Positions 9,166-19,467 are shown, numbered from the stretch's first letter. The stretch is 64,000 bases of DNA from an uncultured Actinomycetota bacterium (GCA_963732695.1 CAVTAP010000026.1:268388-332387); one strand, 5' to 3'. Numbers and translations are program-made. The notes: generated from the sequence alone by a model not told the origin.

Positions 9166-9298
9166 CCCCCTGGCTCAGACCTCGTGGGCTCAACGCTAAC
9201 CCTCACGCCTCGCCGGGGGCGAGGCCGCAGCGGCGATAGGTTCTATGACATCTCGCAGTGGCCCGAGGTGGGGGAGTGGGCGAGATACCGTGTCACCG

Positions 9299-10393
9299 AT
9301 GCGTGTTCTCGTCACCGGAGGTCTCGGGTTCATCGGCTCGGCCCTGGTCCGCCGCCTGATCGCCGCCACCGACCACGAGGTCCTGAACCTCGATCGGGTC
9401 TCGTACTCCTCGTCGTTCGAGTCGGTGGCGGCCGCCGCCGAGAGCCCCCGCTACCGCTTCGCCCAGGTCGACCTGGCCGACGCCGCCACCGTCGACGACG
9501 TGGTGGCCGGCTTCGACCCCCACCGGATCATGCACCTGGCCGCCGAGTCCCACGTCGACCGCTCGATCGACGGGCCCCGGGCCTTCGTGGAGTCGAACAT
9601 CGTGGGTACGGCCAACCTGTTGGAAGCGGCCCGCCGGGCCACCAGCCTCCAGCGGTTCCTCCACATCTCCACCGACGAGGTGTTCGGCTCCCTCCCCCTC
9701 GACGGCGGCCACTTCACCGAGGACACCCCCTACGATCCCCGCTCGCCCTACTCCGCCTCCAAGGCCTCGGCCGACCATCTGGTGCGGGCCTGGGGGGAAA
9801 CCTTCGGCCTGCCGGTGGTGATCACCAACTGCTCCAACAACTACGGCCCCTACCAGTTCCCCGAGAAGCTGATCCCGCTGCTCACGATCAAGGCGGCCCA
9901 GGGTGAGCCGCTGCCGGTGTACGGGGCCGGGGTGAACGTGCGCGACTGGCTCCACGTCGACGACCACGTGACCGCCCTGCTGGCGGCGGTGGAGCGGGGC
10001 GAGGTGGGCCGCAGCTACAACGTGGGCGGGGGCGGCGAACGGTCGAACCTGGCCATGGTGCACGGGATCTGCGACGCCGTGGACCGCCGCCTGGGCCCCC
10101 TGCCCGGGGGCGGCTCCCGGCGGGCGCTGGTGACCTACGTGACCGACCGCCCCGGCCACGACCTCCGCTACGCCATCGACTCGTCCCGCATCCGGGCCGA
10201 GCTGGGTTGGGCCCCGGCCCACAACATCGACGACGGACTGGCCGACACCGTGGGGTGGTATCTCGACAACGAGGTTTGGTGGGGCCCCCTGCTCAGCCGC
10301 ACCGGCGGCGGGGCCCGGGTGGGCCTGGGCGCGGCGGCCGCCGACCCCGTTCCGGGCGGAGCCGCCGGCGACGGTGGGGGAGCCGGCCGGTGA
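9299..10393 (+). CDS. rfbB: dTDP-glucose 4,6-dehydratase
   Basis: ATG at 9299 gives [20 protein letters not shown] (Rossmann GxxGxxG), then [12 protein letters not shown] and [12 protein letters not shown] (YxxxK). A Gly/Ala-rich C-terminal tail of about 35 aa overlaps the rfbA start. Confidence 0.9.
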   Translation: MRVLVTGGLGFIGSALVRRLIAATDHEVLNLDRVSYSSSFESVAAAAESPRYRFAQVDLADAATVDDVVAGFDPHRIMHLAAESHVDRSIDGPRAFVESNIVGTANLLEAARRATSLQRFLHISTDEVFGSLPLDGGHFTEDTPYDPRSPYSASKASADHLVRAWGETFGLPVVITNCSNNYGPYQFPEKLIPLLTIKAAQGEPLPVYGAGVNVRDWLHVDDHVTALLAAVERGEVGRSYNVGGGGERSNLAMVHGICDAVDRRLGPLPGGGSRRALVTYVTDRPGHDLRYAIDSSRIRAELGWAPAHNIDDGLADTVGWYLDNEVWWGPLLSRTGGGARVGLGAAAADPVPGGAAGDGGGAGR

Positions 10394-11310
10394 CGGCCAA
10401 GGGCATCGTGCTGGCCGGCGGCACCGGCAGCCGCCTGCACCCGATCACGCTCGGCGTGTCGAAACAGCTCCTGCCGGTCTACGACAAACCCATGGTCTAC
10501 TATCCGCTGTCGGTCCTCATGCTGGCCGGCATCCGGGACATCCTGGTCATCACCACCCCCGACGACGAGACCGCCTTCCGTCGGGTGCTGGGCACCGGCC
10601 GGCAGTGGGGCATCGACATCAGCTACGCCACCCAGCCCCGGCCCGAGGGCATCACCCAGGCCTTCCTCATCGGCGAGGAGTTCGTGGCCGGCCGCAGCTG
10701 CGCCCTGGTGCTGGGCGACAACATCTTCTACGGCCACGGCTTCGGCGGCCTGGTGCGGGAGGCGGCGGCCGAGCCGGCCGGGGCCACCGTGTTCGCCCAG
10801 CACGTGACCGACCCCGCCCGCTACGCCGTGGCCGAGCTCGACGACAGCGGCCGACCCCGCTCGATCGTGGAGAAGCCCGAGCGTCCCCGCTCGTCGTGGG
10901 CCGTCACCGGCCTCTACTTCTACGACGACCAGGTGACCCGCCTGGCCCACGAGGTCAAGCCGTCGGCCCGGGGCGAGCTGGAGATCACAGCCCTCAACCA
11001 GCTCTACCTCGACCTCGGCCAGCTCCGGGTGGTGCGCCTGTGGCGGGGCCACACCTGGTTCGACACCGGCACGATCGACTCGATGGTGGAGGCGGCCGAG
11101 TTCGTCCGCATCATCGACAAGCGCCAGGGCCAGAAGATCGCCGCCCTGGAGGAGATCGCCTTCCGCAAGGGCTGGATCACGGCCGACGAGCTGGCCGAGC
11201 TGGCCCGCCCCCTGGAGAGCTCGGGCTACGGCGCCTACCTCCGCCGGGTGCTGGAGCTGGCCGAGGAGACCGCAGCCGAGACCGCCGCCATGCAGGAGCC
11301 CCGCACATGA
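10390..11310 (+). CDS. rfbA: glucose-1-phosphate thymidylyltransferase
   Basis: GTG at 10390 overlaps the rfbB stop (GTGA). The product begins [57 protein letters not shown], the canonical RmlA signature. Confidence 0.9.
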   Translation: MTAKGIVLAGGTGSRLHPITLGVSKQLLPVYDKPMVYYPLSVLMLAGIRDILVITTPDDETAFRRVLGTGRQWGIDISYATQPRPEGITQAFLIGEEFVAGRSCALVLGDNIFYGHGFGGLVREAAAEPAGATVFAQHVTDPARYAVAELDDSGRPRSIVEKPERPRSSWAVTGLYFYDDQVTRLAHEVKPSARGELEITALNQLYLDLGQLRVVRLWRGHTWFDTGTIDSMVEAAEFVRIIDKRQGQKIAALEEIAFRKGWITADELAELARPLESSGYGAYLRRVLELAEETAAETAAMQEPRT

Positions 11311-12482
11311 CCGCGCCCGCCGCAGCCCAACCCGCCGACGTACCGGCGGCGGGCCCCATCCCCTTCAACCGGGCCACGGTGGCCCCCCGCCAGCTCGCCT
11401 ACCTGGAGCAGAGCTCCCGGTCGGGGCAGCTGGCGGGCGACGGGCCCTTCGGGGCGGCGGCCACCAAGGAGCTGTCGGGCCTCCACAACGGGGCTCCGGT
11501 GCTGCTCACCCCGTCGTGCACGGCGGCCCTGGAGCTGAGCGCCCTCCTGCTCGACCTCCAGCCGGGCGACGAGGTGATCGTCCCCAGCTTCACGTTCTCC
11601 TCCACCGCCGGGGCCTTCGCCCTGATGGGGGCGCGGATCGTGTTCGCCGACATCGACCCCGTCACCCTCGGCATCGACGCCGCCCAGGTGGCCCAGCTCA
11701 TCACCGACCGGACCCGGGCCATCGTGCCCGTCCACTACGGCGGCGTGCCCACCCCGCCCGGGCTGCGGGCCCTGGCCGACCGCCACGGCCTGCTCCTGAT
11801 CGAGGACAACGCCCACGGCCTCTACGGCTCGCTCGACGGTCAGGCCCTCGGCACCTTCGGCCACCTGTCCACCCTCAGCTTCCACAACACGAAGAACATC
11901 ACCTGCGGCGAGGGCGGGGCCCTGGTGGTCAACGACCCGGCCCTGCACGAGCGGGCCGAGGTCCTGCGGGAGAAGGGCACCGACCGGGCCCGCTTCTTCC
12001 GGGGCATGGTGGACAAGTACTCCTGGGTCGACGTGGGCTCCAGCTACCTGCTGAGCGACCTCAACGCCGCCATGCTGCTGGCCCAGCTCGAGTTCGGGGC
12101 CGAGATCCAGGCCCGGCGCCAGGCGGCGTGGGAGCACTACCGGGCCGTGGTGGGCCCGGCGGCCGAGGCCCGGGGGGCCACGGTGTTCGAGCCCGGCCCC
12201 GGCGTGGTCAACGCCTATCACCTGTTCGTGCTGCTCCTGCCCAGCCTGGAGGCCCGTACCGCCCTGCTGGGGGCGGCCCAGGAGCAGGGGGTCGGCTGCA
12301 CCTTCCACTACGTGCCCCTGCACTCGTCGGCTGCCGGGCGCAAGGCCGGCACCGCCCCGCTGGGCTGTCCCGTCACCGACTCGGTCAGCGACCGCCTGAT
12401 CCGCCTGCCCCTGTTCTCCGACATCGGCCCGGCCGACTACGAGCGGGTGGCCGAGGTGATGGTCCGCCTGCTGGCCGGCTGA
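11307..12482 (+). CDS. DegT/DnrJ/EryC1/StrS (WecE-type) dTDP-4-keto-6-deoxyhexose 4-aminotransferase
   Basis: ATG at 11307 overlaps the rfbA stop (ATGA). Motifs: [57 protein letters not shown] (PLP lysine region). Confidence 0.9.
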   Translation: MTAPAAAQPADVPAAGPIPFNRATVAPRQLAYLEQSSRSGQLAGDGPFGAAATKELSGLHNGAPVLLTPSCTAALELSALLLDLQPGDEVIVPSFTFSSTAGAFALMGARIVFADIDPVTLGIDAAQVAQLITDRTRAIVPVHYGGVPTPPGLRALADRHGLLLIEDNAHGLYGSLDGQALGTFGHLSTLSFHNTKNITCGEGGALVVNDPALHERAEVLREKGTDRARFFRGMVDKYSWVDVGSSYLLSDLNAAMLLAQLEFGAEIQARRQAAWEHYRAVVGPAAEARGATVFEPGPGVVNAYHLFVLLLPSLEARTALLGAAQEQGVGCTFHYVPLHSSAAGRKAGTAPLGCPVTDSVSDRLIRLPLFSDIGPADYERVAEVMVRLLAG

Positions 12483-14324
12483 TCAGCCAGTTTCGAGCTC
12501 GATCTTGTCGACGGTGATCGGCTGCACGCCGCCGGTGGCGGTGCGCAGCTCCCACACCTGGCCTCCCGTGGTCACCTCGAAGTGGATCACGGCTTCGGCC
12601 GGCGCCTCGGCCGTGGCCACCAGGTCCACCTCCGCCACCTCGCCGGGGGCGGCGCTGAAGGCGTCGAACCGGCCGACGACACCCTGGGCGCCGTCGGCGC
12701 GGTAGCTGACCGTGGCGGTGTAGGAGCCCGGCCCAAGCTGGACGTAGGGCCCGAAGGTCACGAAGCCGGAGCCGGAGTCGGGCAAGGTGACCATGTCGTC
12801 GCCCTCCGGCTCACCCACCTGGGTGGGCAGCTCGGACGCCTCGAAGGTGAGCGGCAGCCGGGGCGAGGGGCGGAGCGGGATCACCACCAGCCGGTAGCCG
12901 AGGCCACCGTCGTGGGTCTCGTCGAGCACCGGCGGCTCGAGGCCGAGGCCGGCCAGGGGACCGTCGAGCTGGCGTTCCACGTCGTCCGGGATTCCGAGCA
13001 TGACCAGCCAGGACCGGGAGTTGGCCAGTAGCGCGTAGCGGTCGAAGGTGCGGAGTTGCCGGGTGTCGGGGGCCACGCTGAGCAGCCGGGCCCCGAGATG
13101 GGCGTCGTAGATGCCGGTGATGGTGGAGGCCCAGCCGCTGACGGGGAAGAACAGGGCGTTGCTGCCGTCGGCCACCCCGTCGACCTCGCGTTCGAGCCAC
13201 CGGGCCTCGTCGTACACCGCCTCCGACTCGTGGCCGTCGCCCCAGAACAGGTGGTCGTAGCGGGGGCTCAGGTTGTAAGGGTGGTAGGCCGACGGGTCGT
13301 AGTTGGGGGCGCCGATCTGCAACCACAGCGTGTAGGTGGCCAGCATTGCCAACGCCCCCAGGGGGTGGTGGCGGATGACGAAGGCCAGCACCGCCACCAC
13401 GACGATCGACACCAGGCCGAACTCGATCCCCGACGGCAGGCGCAGCCCGTCGGGCACGCCGACCAGCAGGGCGGCCACCCACAGCCCCACCCCGATCGCC
13501 GCCCGGCGGAGGCTGATACCGGTGGCCAGCCGGCCGGTCACCAGGGCGAAGGCGATGCCCAAGGTGCAGAACGACATCGACCAGTAGTAGGAGATCTCCA
13601 GCCCGCTGCCGTTGCGCCCGAACTGGTCGAGCCAGTGGAGCCCGTAGTGGGCGCCGGCCATCCCCACCGCGAGCCACTCGGTCCGGTCGAGCTTCAGCGG
13701 CGACAGCAGCGAGGTGAGGGCGGCGGCGGCGATTACCAACGGGGGCAGGAACAACCAGGTGAAATGGGTGAGCCACTCGATGTTGGGCGACTTGAGGGGA
13801 TCTGGCCCGGGCGGGTTGCGGATGAAGGTGATGGTGGGCTCGTAGATGTTGTCGATGCCGTAGGCCCAGCGGAAATACAGGTAACCGGCGACCACGGTGC
13901 ATGCCGCCGCTAGCACCACGATTGTGGTGAAGACGGCCCGACGCCACAGGCCCCGGGGCGAGAAAAGCCGTCCGTCCACTCCGACCAGGGCCATGACCGC
14001 CAGCGGGGGGAGGGTGGCAGAGACGGCGAACGGGTTCGCCACGGCCATCAGGGCGGCCAGCACCCCGGCCCCCACCGCCGTGCGCCAGTCGTGGCGACGG
14101 GGCCGCAGGGCCAGCAGGGTCAGTGCCATCCCCAGCACCAGGACCGTCCACTCCACGTAGTCGGTCATCAACGGGCGGATGAACATGGGCAGCGTGATCA
14201 GGAGCGTCGAGGCGATCAGGCGCTGGCCCCACGACCAGGCGGGGCGGATCCGCCACAGACCGAGGAGCAGCGCCGCCACCACCACCAGCCGGAGCAGGAG
14301 GCGGCCAACGAACGGCCCGGCCAC
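12483..14324 (-). CDS. polytopic GT-C-like membrane protein with an extracytoplasmic C-terminal beta-rich domain
   Basis: 613-aa ORF (GTG start) with many hydrophobic spans over the first ~400 aa and a soluble C-terminal ~200 aa (GFVTFGPYVQLGPGSYTATVSYRADG). It lies in the sugar locus next to a GtrB-type GT2. The family assignment is inferred from architecture only. Confidence 0.6.
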   Translation of the reverse strand: MAGPFVGRLLLRLVVVAALLLGLWRIRPAWSWGQRLIASTLLITLPMFIRPLMTDYVEWTVLVLGMALTLLALRPRRHDWRTAVGAGVLAALMAVANPFAVSATLPPLAVMALVGVDGRLFSPRGLWRRAVFTTIVVLAAACTVVAGYLYFRWAYGIDNIYEPTITFIRNPPGPDPLKSPNIEWLTHFTWLFLPPLVIAAAALTSLLSPLKLDRTEWLAVGMAGAHYGLHWLDQFGRNGSGLEISYYWSMSFCTLGIAFALVTGRLATGISLRRAAIGVGLWVAALLVGVPDGLRLPSGIEFGLVSIVVVAVLAFVIRHHPLGALAMLATYTLWLQIGAPNYDPSAYHPYNLSPRYDHLFWGDGHESEAVYDEARWLEREVDGVADGSNALFFPVSGWASTITGIYDAHLGARLLSVAPDTRQLRTFDRYALLANSRSWLVMLGIPDDVERQLDGPLAGLGLEPPVLDETHDGGLGYRLVVIPLRPSPRLPLTFEASELPTQVGEPEGDDMVTLPDSGSGFVTFGPYVQLGPGSYTATVSYRADGAQGVVGRFDAFSAAPGEVAEVDLVATAEAPAEAVIHFEVTTGGQVWELRTATGGVQPITVDKIELETG

Positions 14325-14635
14325 CGCGTTCGCCAGGAACAGGGGATACCAGGCTCGACCACCGGCTGATCGAGTAGTGGTGGGCCCCGACCACCGAGGC
14401 GTCGTCGAAGTTCACGCCCGAGCGCGCTGTAGAAGATCGGATCGAGGCCGTTGGGGGCGAGGCCGTAGGTCTCGGGCTGGGTCACGAGGAACAGTGCCAG
14501 CGGCAGCCCCAGAGCTACCGCCACCCGCTGGAGCCACCCGTCGCGCCCGGGATGCCCGGGGCTCCGGGTTCCGACACCGGAGCCGGCGCCGGGACCAGAA
14601 CGTCGGTCATAATCCGCCTGCCGGGGGCCGGCCAT
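14325..14635 (-). pseudogene. possible frameshifted 5-prime extension of the GT-C-like gene
   Basis: Coding-looking pieces occur in two other frames. One is ...VAVALGLPLALFLVTQPETYGLAPNGLDPIFYSA (ORF 14216..14635). The next is VNFDDASVVGAHHYSISRWSSL (ORF 12811..14415). The main frame then resumes as WYPLFLANAVAGPFVG. Together they read as one membrane-protein N-terminus broken near 14413-14430 and 14344-14356. Confidence 0.45.
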
Positions 14636-15281
14636 CGGCGGCCCCCACCGAGGCCGCCGGGCGGGCCTCGATGAGGAGGTGGGAGTAGGGGACCCGCAGG
14701 AGGTCGCCGTACACCTCGCTCGACACGTGGGGCAGGGCGGTGCCCAGCAGGGCGGCGTAGCCGGCGGCGTCGCGCACGTAGCGGCCCCGGTCGGATGCGA
14801 TCAGGAGGCGGGCGGTGAGCCGCTGGTCGGGGTCGAACACCGGCTCCAGGGCAACGAACCGGCCCTTCTCGGTGAGCAGCGGCGCCACCTGGGCGGCCAG
14901 GGTGCGGACCTGGCCGTCGTCGAGGTGGTGGAGCACACCACCCAGGAAGATGAGGTCGTACGGGCCCCGTTCGGCCACCACCGGGTCGCTCACGTCGGCG
15001 CAGATGAACTCGGGGGCCAGCTCGCCGTGGCCCAGGTGGGCGTTGCGGCGGCGGGCCGTCTCCAGGTAGCCGGGATTGTGGTCGATCCCCAGGTAGCGGC
15101 AGCGGCCGGCGAACCAGGGGGCGTAGTCGCCGTAGCCGCAGCCCAGGTCGAGCACGCTGGCCCCGTCCTCGGCGGCGAACATCTCCTCGGTGATCCGCCG
15201 CAGCGACGCCGGCGGCAGCAGCAGGTTCTTGAACGCCTTGTACACCAGGGTCTGCGACAGCAGCCGTTCCCGGATCGTCAT
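14607..15281 (-). CDS. class I SAM-dependent methyltransferase
   Basis: ATG at 15281 overlaps the GT2 stop (ATGA). The product begins MTIRERLL and has SAM motif I VLDLGCGYGDY and LIFLGGVLHHLDD. Confidence 0.85.
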   Translation of the reverse strand: MTIRERLLSQTLVYKAFKNLLLPPASLRRITEEMFAAEDGASVLDLGCGYGDYAPWFAGRCRYLGIDHNPGYLETARRRNAHLGHGELAPEFICADVSDPVVAERGPYDLIFLGGVLHHLDDGQVRTLAAQVAPLLTEKGRFVALEPVFDPDQRLTARLLIASDRGRYVRDAAGYAALLGTALPHVSSEVYGDLLRVPYSHLLIEARPAASVGAADGRPPAGGL

Positions 15282-16342
15282 CGATTCGCTCCCACGCTCT
15301 GGCCCGGGTCGGCGGCGGCCTGCGCCGGGCCGCCCGGATCGGGTCCGGCCCCGGGGCCGGTGGTCGGCTTGGTCATGGCCCGCACCACGTAGGGGGGCTT
15401 CCCCATGGTGCGGAAGTGCATGCGCCCGATGTACTCGCCCACCACGCCCAGGCTGAGCAGCTGCACGCCGGAGAACAGGCTGAGGGCGGCGGCCAGGAAG
15501 GTGAACCCGGCAACGTGTCGCCCGTTCAAGAGGTACGACAGCATCACGAAGGCCAGCAGGGCGAAGCCGAGCACCGCGATCAGCAGACCGAAGGCGCTGA
15601 CCCAACGCAGGGGCCGGGTGCTGTAGCCGGTGATCATGTTGAGGGCGTGGCGCACCAGCTTCTTCAGCGTGTAGCCGCTCTGGCCGGCTTCCCGCTCCCG
15701 GAACCGCACCGGCACGTCGGTGACTCGGCTGGTGGCCCAGCTCAACAGCACATCGATCGAGATGTAGGGGTCGCTCACGGTGTCGGCGGCGCTCACCAGC
15801 TCCCGGCGGAACAGCCGGAAGGCGCTGGGCCGGGGGTAGACGTCGGGCCCCAGGGCGGTGGCCATGGTGCGCTTGGTGGCGGTGGAGGCCAGGTTGCGCC
15901 ACCAGCTCTGGCGCTCCTCGGTGGGGGTGCCGTACACCAGGTCGACGTCGTCGGTGAGAGCGGCCAGCAGGGTGGGCACCTGGTCGGGCGGGTTCTGCAG
16001 GTCGTCGTCGATCGTGAGGATCAGGGGCAGGCGGGCCTGGCGGAGCCCGGCCAGCAGCGCGTTGTGCTGGCCGTAGTTGCGCAGCAGCGTGAGACCACGC
16101 ACCCAGGGGTGGCGGGCCGCCAGCTCCTGGATCGAGGCCCACGTGCCGTCGCCGCTGCCGTCGTCGACGAAGATGACTTCCAGCTCGGCCACCAGTGGGG
16201 CCACGTGGAGCTGGAGCTCGTCGCACACGCGGCCCAGGGTGCCGGGCGACCGGTAGGCCGGGATGACGACCGACAGGCCGGGACGGATGGAAGGGCCGGG
16301 CTGGCTCACGCCGGAGGTACCCCCAGAACGGGTTCGAGGCAC
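15278..16342 (-). CDS. GT2 polyprenyl-phosphate glycosyltransferase (GtrB/ArnC/DPM1-like)
   Basis: 354-aa ORF with LSVVIPAYRSPGTL, EVIFVDDGSGDGT, LILTIDDDLQNPP (DxD), and two C-terminal TM helices (LRWVSAFGLLIAVLGFALLAFV; FTFLAAALSLFSGVQLLSLGVV). Confidence 0.85.
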   Translation of the reverse strand: MPRTRSGGTSGVSQPGPSIRPGLSVVIPAYRSPGTLGRVCDELQLHVAPLVAELEVIFVDDGSGDGTWASIQELAARHPWVRGLTLLRNYGQHNALLAGLRQARLPLILTIDDDLQNPPDQVPTLLAALTDDVDLVYGTPTEERQSWWRNLASTATKRTMATALGPDVYPRPSAFRLFRRELVSAADTVSDPYISIDVLLSWATSRVTDVPVRFREREAGQSGYTLKKLVRHALNMITGYSTRPLRWVSAFGLLIAVLGFALLAFVMLSYLLNGRHVAGFTFLAAALSLFSGVQLLSLGVVGEYIGRMHFRTMGKPPYVVRAMTKPTTGPGAGPDPGGPAQAAADPGQSVGANR

Positions 16343-16429
16343 AGGGTTCGGACCGCCCCAAGACTAGTGGCTGGTCTGCCCACTGACGCGGCGCCAGTCG
16401 CGCGGGGGTGGGCCGTTACGATCTATCCG

Positions 16430-16873
16430 ATGTCCCCCGCCCCGCCCGACGCTTCTGCCCCCTCCGGCGCGCCCGCGCCCGGCGCAGCTGTGCTGGGTCC
16501 GGTCCACCACGTCGGTGTGGCCTGCCGGGATCTGGAGGCGGCCCGGCGCTGGGTGCACGCCACCCACACCGTGCTGGAAGACTCCGGCGTGATCTACGAC
16601 CCCCACCAGAAGGCCGACCTGTGCCTGCTCACGGTGGAGGGTGGGGCCAACATCGAGCTGGTGGCCGGGGAGGCCGTGGCCAGCCTGGTGAAGAAGGGCC
16701 ACACCTACTATCACCTGTGCTACGAGGTCCCGTCGGTGGCCGACGCCATCACCGGCCTCCAGGCCCACCAGTGCCTCGTGGTGTCACCCCCCGCCCCGGC
16801 CGTGCTGTTCGGGGGGCGCACCGTGGCCTTCCTCTACGGCCCCACCGGGCTGGTCGAGCTGCTGGAGACGTGA
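16430..16873 (+). CDS. VOC (glyoxalase / methylmalonyl-CoA-epimerase-like) family protein
   Basis: ATG at 16430. The 147-aa product has LGPVHHVGVACRDLEAARRW ... IELVAGE ... YHLCYEV, a paired beta-alpha-beta-beta-beta module pattern. Confidence 0.7.
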   Translation: MSPAPPDASAPSGAPAPGAAVLGPVHHVGVACRDLEAARRWVHATHTVLEDSGVIYDPHQKADLCLLTVEGGANIELVAGEAVASLVKKGHTYYHLCYEVPSVADAITGLQAHQCLVVSPPAPAVLFGGRTVAFLYGPTGLVELLET

Positions 16874-18546
16874 TGCGCATCGTCGTCGTGTCGAACACCA
16901 CGATGGACCCCCTGGCCCGCAACCTGGAGGGCGACGAGGTGGTGGTGAGCGGGGTCGGAGACCTGATTCCGTGGTTGATCGATCCGTCGTCGCCGGCGGC
17001 CGATCCGGCCACCGGGCTCGTGCTCGTCTGCCCCGACGGCGATTCGCTGGTGCCGCCCCTGGCCGACGACTCCTCGCTGCTGGACGAGGGCTCCTCGTCG
17101 TTCCTCGAGGAGCTTCTCGGCCACGTCGACGGGTTCGCCGGTCGCCACCCCGGCACCCCGGTGGCGGTCACCACCCTCCTGCTCGACTCCCGGGGCCCGC
17201 TGGCCCACGCCGACGCCACCAACCCCGGCGGCCGGTTCGCCGCCCGGGCCCGATGGGAGGCGGGGCTGGCCGAGATCGCGGCCGACCGCCCCAACGTGAA
17301 CGTGGTCGACCTGCGGGGCCTGGCCGAGCGCCACGGGGCGGCCGCCCTGGTGAACGACAGCTACTGGTACCTGGGCCGCATCCGGTTCTCCGCCCTCGGA
17401 TTCAGCGCCTTGGCCGAGGAGTTGGACGTGCTGCGCCGGGGTCTGGCCAACCAGGCCCGCAAGGTGCTCGTGCTCGATCTCGACAACACCCTGTGGGGTG
17501 GCGTGGTGGGCGAAGACGGCCTGGGCGGGATCCGCCTGGGCGAAGACGGCCCGGCCAAGTGCTACCGGGACTTCCAGCGTCACGTGAAGGCCCTGCGGGA
17601 GGCCGGCACCCTGCTCGCCGTGGTGTCGAAGAACGACCCCGAGATCGTCGACGAGGTGTTCGACACCCACCCGATGATGGTGCTCGAGCGAGACGACATC
17701 GTGGCCATCAGCGCCGACTGGACCGACAAGGCCACCCGCATCGCCACCCTGGCCGACACCCTCGACCTCGGGCTCGACGCCTTCGTGTTCATCGACGACA
17801 ACCCGGTGGAGCGGGAGCTGGTGCGCACCGCCCTGCCGGCGGTGGCCGTGCCCGAGTTCCCCGACCGGGTGGAGCGCCTGCCCCGGTGGTTCGCCGAGGA
17901 GGTGGTGCCGGCCTTCTTCCCCCGGGCCCGGGTGCTCGACGAGGACCGCAACAAGACCAGGCAGTACCAGGCCCGCCAGGCCCGGCGGCAGGTGGAGACG
18001 GCCGACCTGGCCACCTTCCTGGCCACCCTCGACATCCGGCTCACCTTCCGGGCCGACGACGACACGCTGGTGCCCCGGGTCAGCCAGCTCACCCAGAAGA
18101 CCAACCAGTTCAACCTCACCACCGAGCGGCTGTCGACCACCGAGGTGCAGGCCCTGATGGCCTCGGCCGACCACGCCGTGGTGGCCTGCGACTACGCCGA
18201 CCGCTTCGGCGACGAGGGCACGATCGGGGTGGCCTTCGTCGACGTGGCCCGGGGCGAGCTGAGCAACCTGATGCTGAGCTGCCGGGTGCTGGGGCGGGGG
18301 GTGGAGGACGCCCTGCTGGGCGAGGTGGCCCGACGGGCGGCCGAGCGGGGCCACGACCGGCTCCGGGCCCGGTTCCTGCCCACCGCCCGCAACGGGGTGG
18401 CGGCCGGGTTCCTGGAGCGCAACGGCTTCGCCATGGAGCCGGCCGGCGACGGGCTGGCGGGAGAGAAGGCCCTGGCCGGAGAGATACAGCTCAGCGGCGC
18501 CGCTGCCGCCGAGGATGCAAAGGAGCACAGTGACCGTGTCCGTTGA
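16873..18546 (+). CDS. FkbH-like HAD-IIIC phosphatase/loader with a C-terminal GNAT-like domain
   Basis: ATG at 16873 overlaps the VOC stop (TGATG). The HAD-IIIC core is KVLVLDLDNTLWGGVVGEDGLGGIRLGE ... LLAVVSKNDPEIV ... FIDDNPVERE. The C-terminal part reads VACDYADRFGDEGTIGVAFV. Confidence 0.85.
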   Translation: MRIVVVSNTTMDPLARNLEGDEVVVSGVGDLIPWLIDPSSPAADPATGLVLVCPDGDSLVPPLADDSSLLDEGSSSFLEELLGHVDGFAGRHPGTPVAVTTLLLDSRGPLAHADATNPGGRFAARARWEAGLAEIAADRPNVNVVDLRGLAERHGAAALVNDSYWYLGRIRFSALGFSALAEELDVLRRGLANQARKVLVLDLDNTLWGGVVGEDGLGGIRLGEDGPAKCYRDFQRHVKALREAGTLLAVVSKNDPEIVDEVFDTHPMMVLERDDIVAISADWTDKATRIATLADTLDLGLDAFVFIDDNPVERELVRTALPAVAVPEFPDRVERLPRWFAEEVVPAFFPRARVLDEDRNKTRQYQARQARRQVETADLATFLATLDIRLTFRADDDTLVPRVSQLTQKTNQFNLTTERLSTTEVQALMASADHAVVACDYADRFGDEGTIGVAFVDVARGELSNLMLSCRVLGRGVEDALLGEVARRAAERGHDRLRARFLPTARNGVAAGFLERNGFAMEPAGDGLAGEKALAGEIQLSGAAAAEDAKEHSDRVR

Positions 18547-18769
18547 TGTGGCCGACGTACTGGCCGTGATCACCACCGAGCTCGATCTGGACGAGGGCGA
18601 GGTGACGGCCGACAGCACGATCGACGACGTGGAGAACTGGGACTCGCTGGGCCACCTGCGGGTGTGCATGGCGCTGGAGCAGCGTTTCGGGGTGAAGATC
18701 CCGATGGAGGACATCGCCGACCTCCGTTCGGTGCCGGCCATCGTGGCCAAGCTGTCAGCCTCCGCCTAG
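18515..18769 (+). CDS. acyl carrier protein
   Basis: 79-84 aa with ENWDSLGHLRVCMALEQRFG (DSL phosphopantetheine site). An AAGGAG at 18520-18525 favours the in-frame GTG at 18530 as the real start. Confidence 0.8.
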   Translation: MQRSTVTVSVDVADVLAVITTELDLDEGEVTADSTIDDVENWDSLGHLRVCMALEQRFGVKIPMEDIADLRSVPAIVAKLSASA

Positions 18770-19467
18770 TGGCTGCCGCTTCCGTCTCCGCCCCCGCCGG
18801 CGGAACCGGTGGGTCCGGCGCGCCCGGCACCGTCTACAGCGAGGCCGAGCTGGCCGACCTGGGCTTCGCCTCGCTCGGGCACGACGTGCGCATCGACCGG
18901 CGGGCCGCCCTGTTCGGCGTCCCGTCGATCCACGTGGGGTCCCATGTGCGGATCGACTGCTTCGCCGTGATCACGGCCGGGCCGGCCGAGGTGCACATCG
19001 GGTCCTACACCCACGTCGCCCCCCACACCTACCTGTCGGGGTCGCAGGGCGGGATCAACCTCGGATACGGGGCCGGTCTGGCCCCGTTCGCCGCCCTGTA
19101 CTCGGCGGTGGAGGACTACACGGCCGGGCACCTGACCAACCCCAGCGTGCCGCCCGACCTGCGGGGCCAGACGGTGGGCCTGATCGACATCGCCCCCCAC
19201 GCCGCCGTCGGGTCGTCCAGCGTGGTGCTGGCCGGGATGAGGGTGGGGTTCGCCGCGGCCGTGGGCGCGCTGAGCCTCGTCACCCGCCGGGTCCGGCCGT
19301 TCGAGATCGTGCACGGCAACCCGATCCGGCGCACCGGGATGCGGGTGCAGGACAAGCTGTTGGAGCTCGACGCCGAGCTGCGGGCCCGGGCCGAAGCCGA
19401 GGGCATCGTGCTGCCGGCCCACGATCAGAGGCCCGGGGCCGGGCCGGCCGACGGGAGTGGGGTATGA
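18769..19467 (+). CDS. left-handed beta-helix (hexapeptide-repeat) acyltransferase
   Basis: GTG at 18769 overlaps the ACP stop (TAGTG). Imperfect hexapeptide periodicity runs through HDVRIDRRAALFG...IHVGSHVRIDCFAVI...VHIGSYTHVAPHTYL...IDIAPHAAVGSSSVVLAGMRVG. Confidence 0.7.
   Translation: MAAASVSAPAGGTGGSGAPGTVYSEAELADLGFASLGHDVRIDRRAALFGVPSIHVGSHVRIDCFAVITAGPAEVHIGSYTHVAPHTYLSGSQGGINLGYGAGLAPFAALYSAVEDYTAGHLTNPSVPPDLRGQTVGLIDIAPHAAVGSSSVVLAGMRVGFAAAVGALSLVTRRVRPFEIVHGNPIRRTGMRVQDKLLELDAELRARAEAEGIVLPAHDQRPGAGPADGSGV

Noticed and set aside
9208-9228. Small GC hairpins in several intergenic regions (for example GCCTCGCC-ggg-GGCGAGGC at 9208-9226, and similar ones near 6030, 7395 and 29229) as regulatory elements.
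   Set aside because: Stems of 5-8 bp are expected frequently by chance at this GC content. They show no repetition or positional logic, so they are not reported as features.
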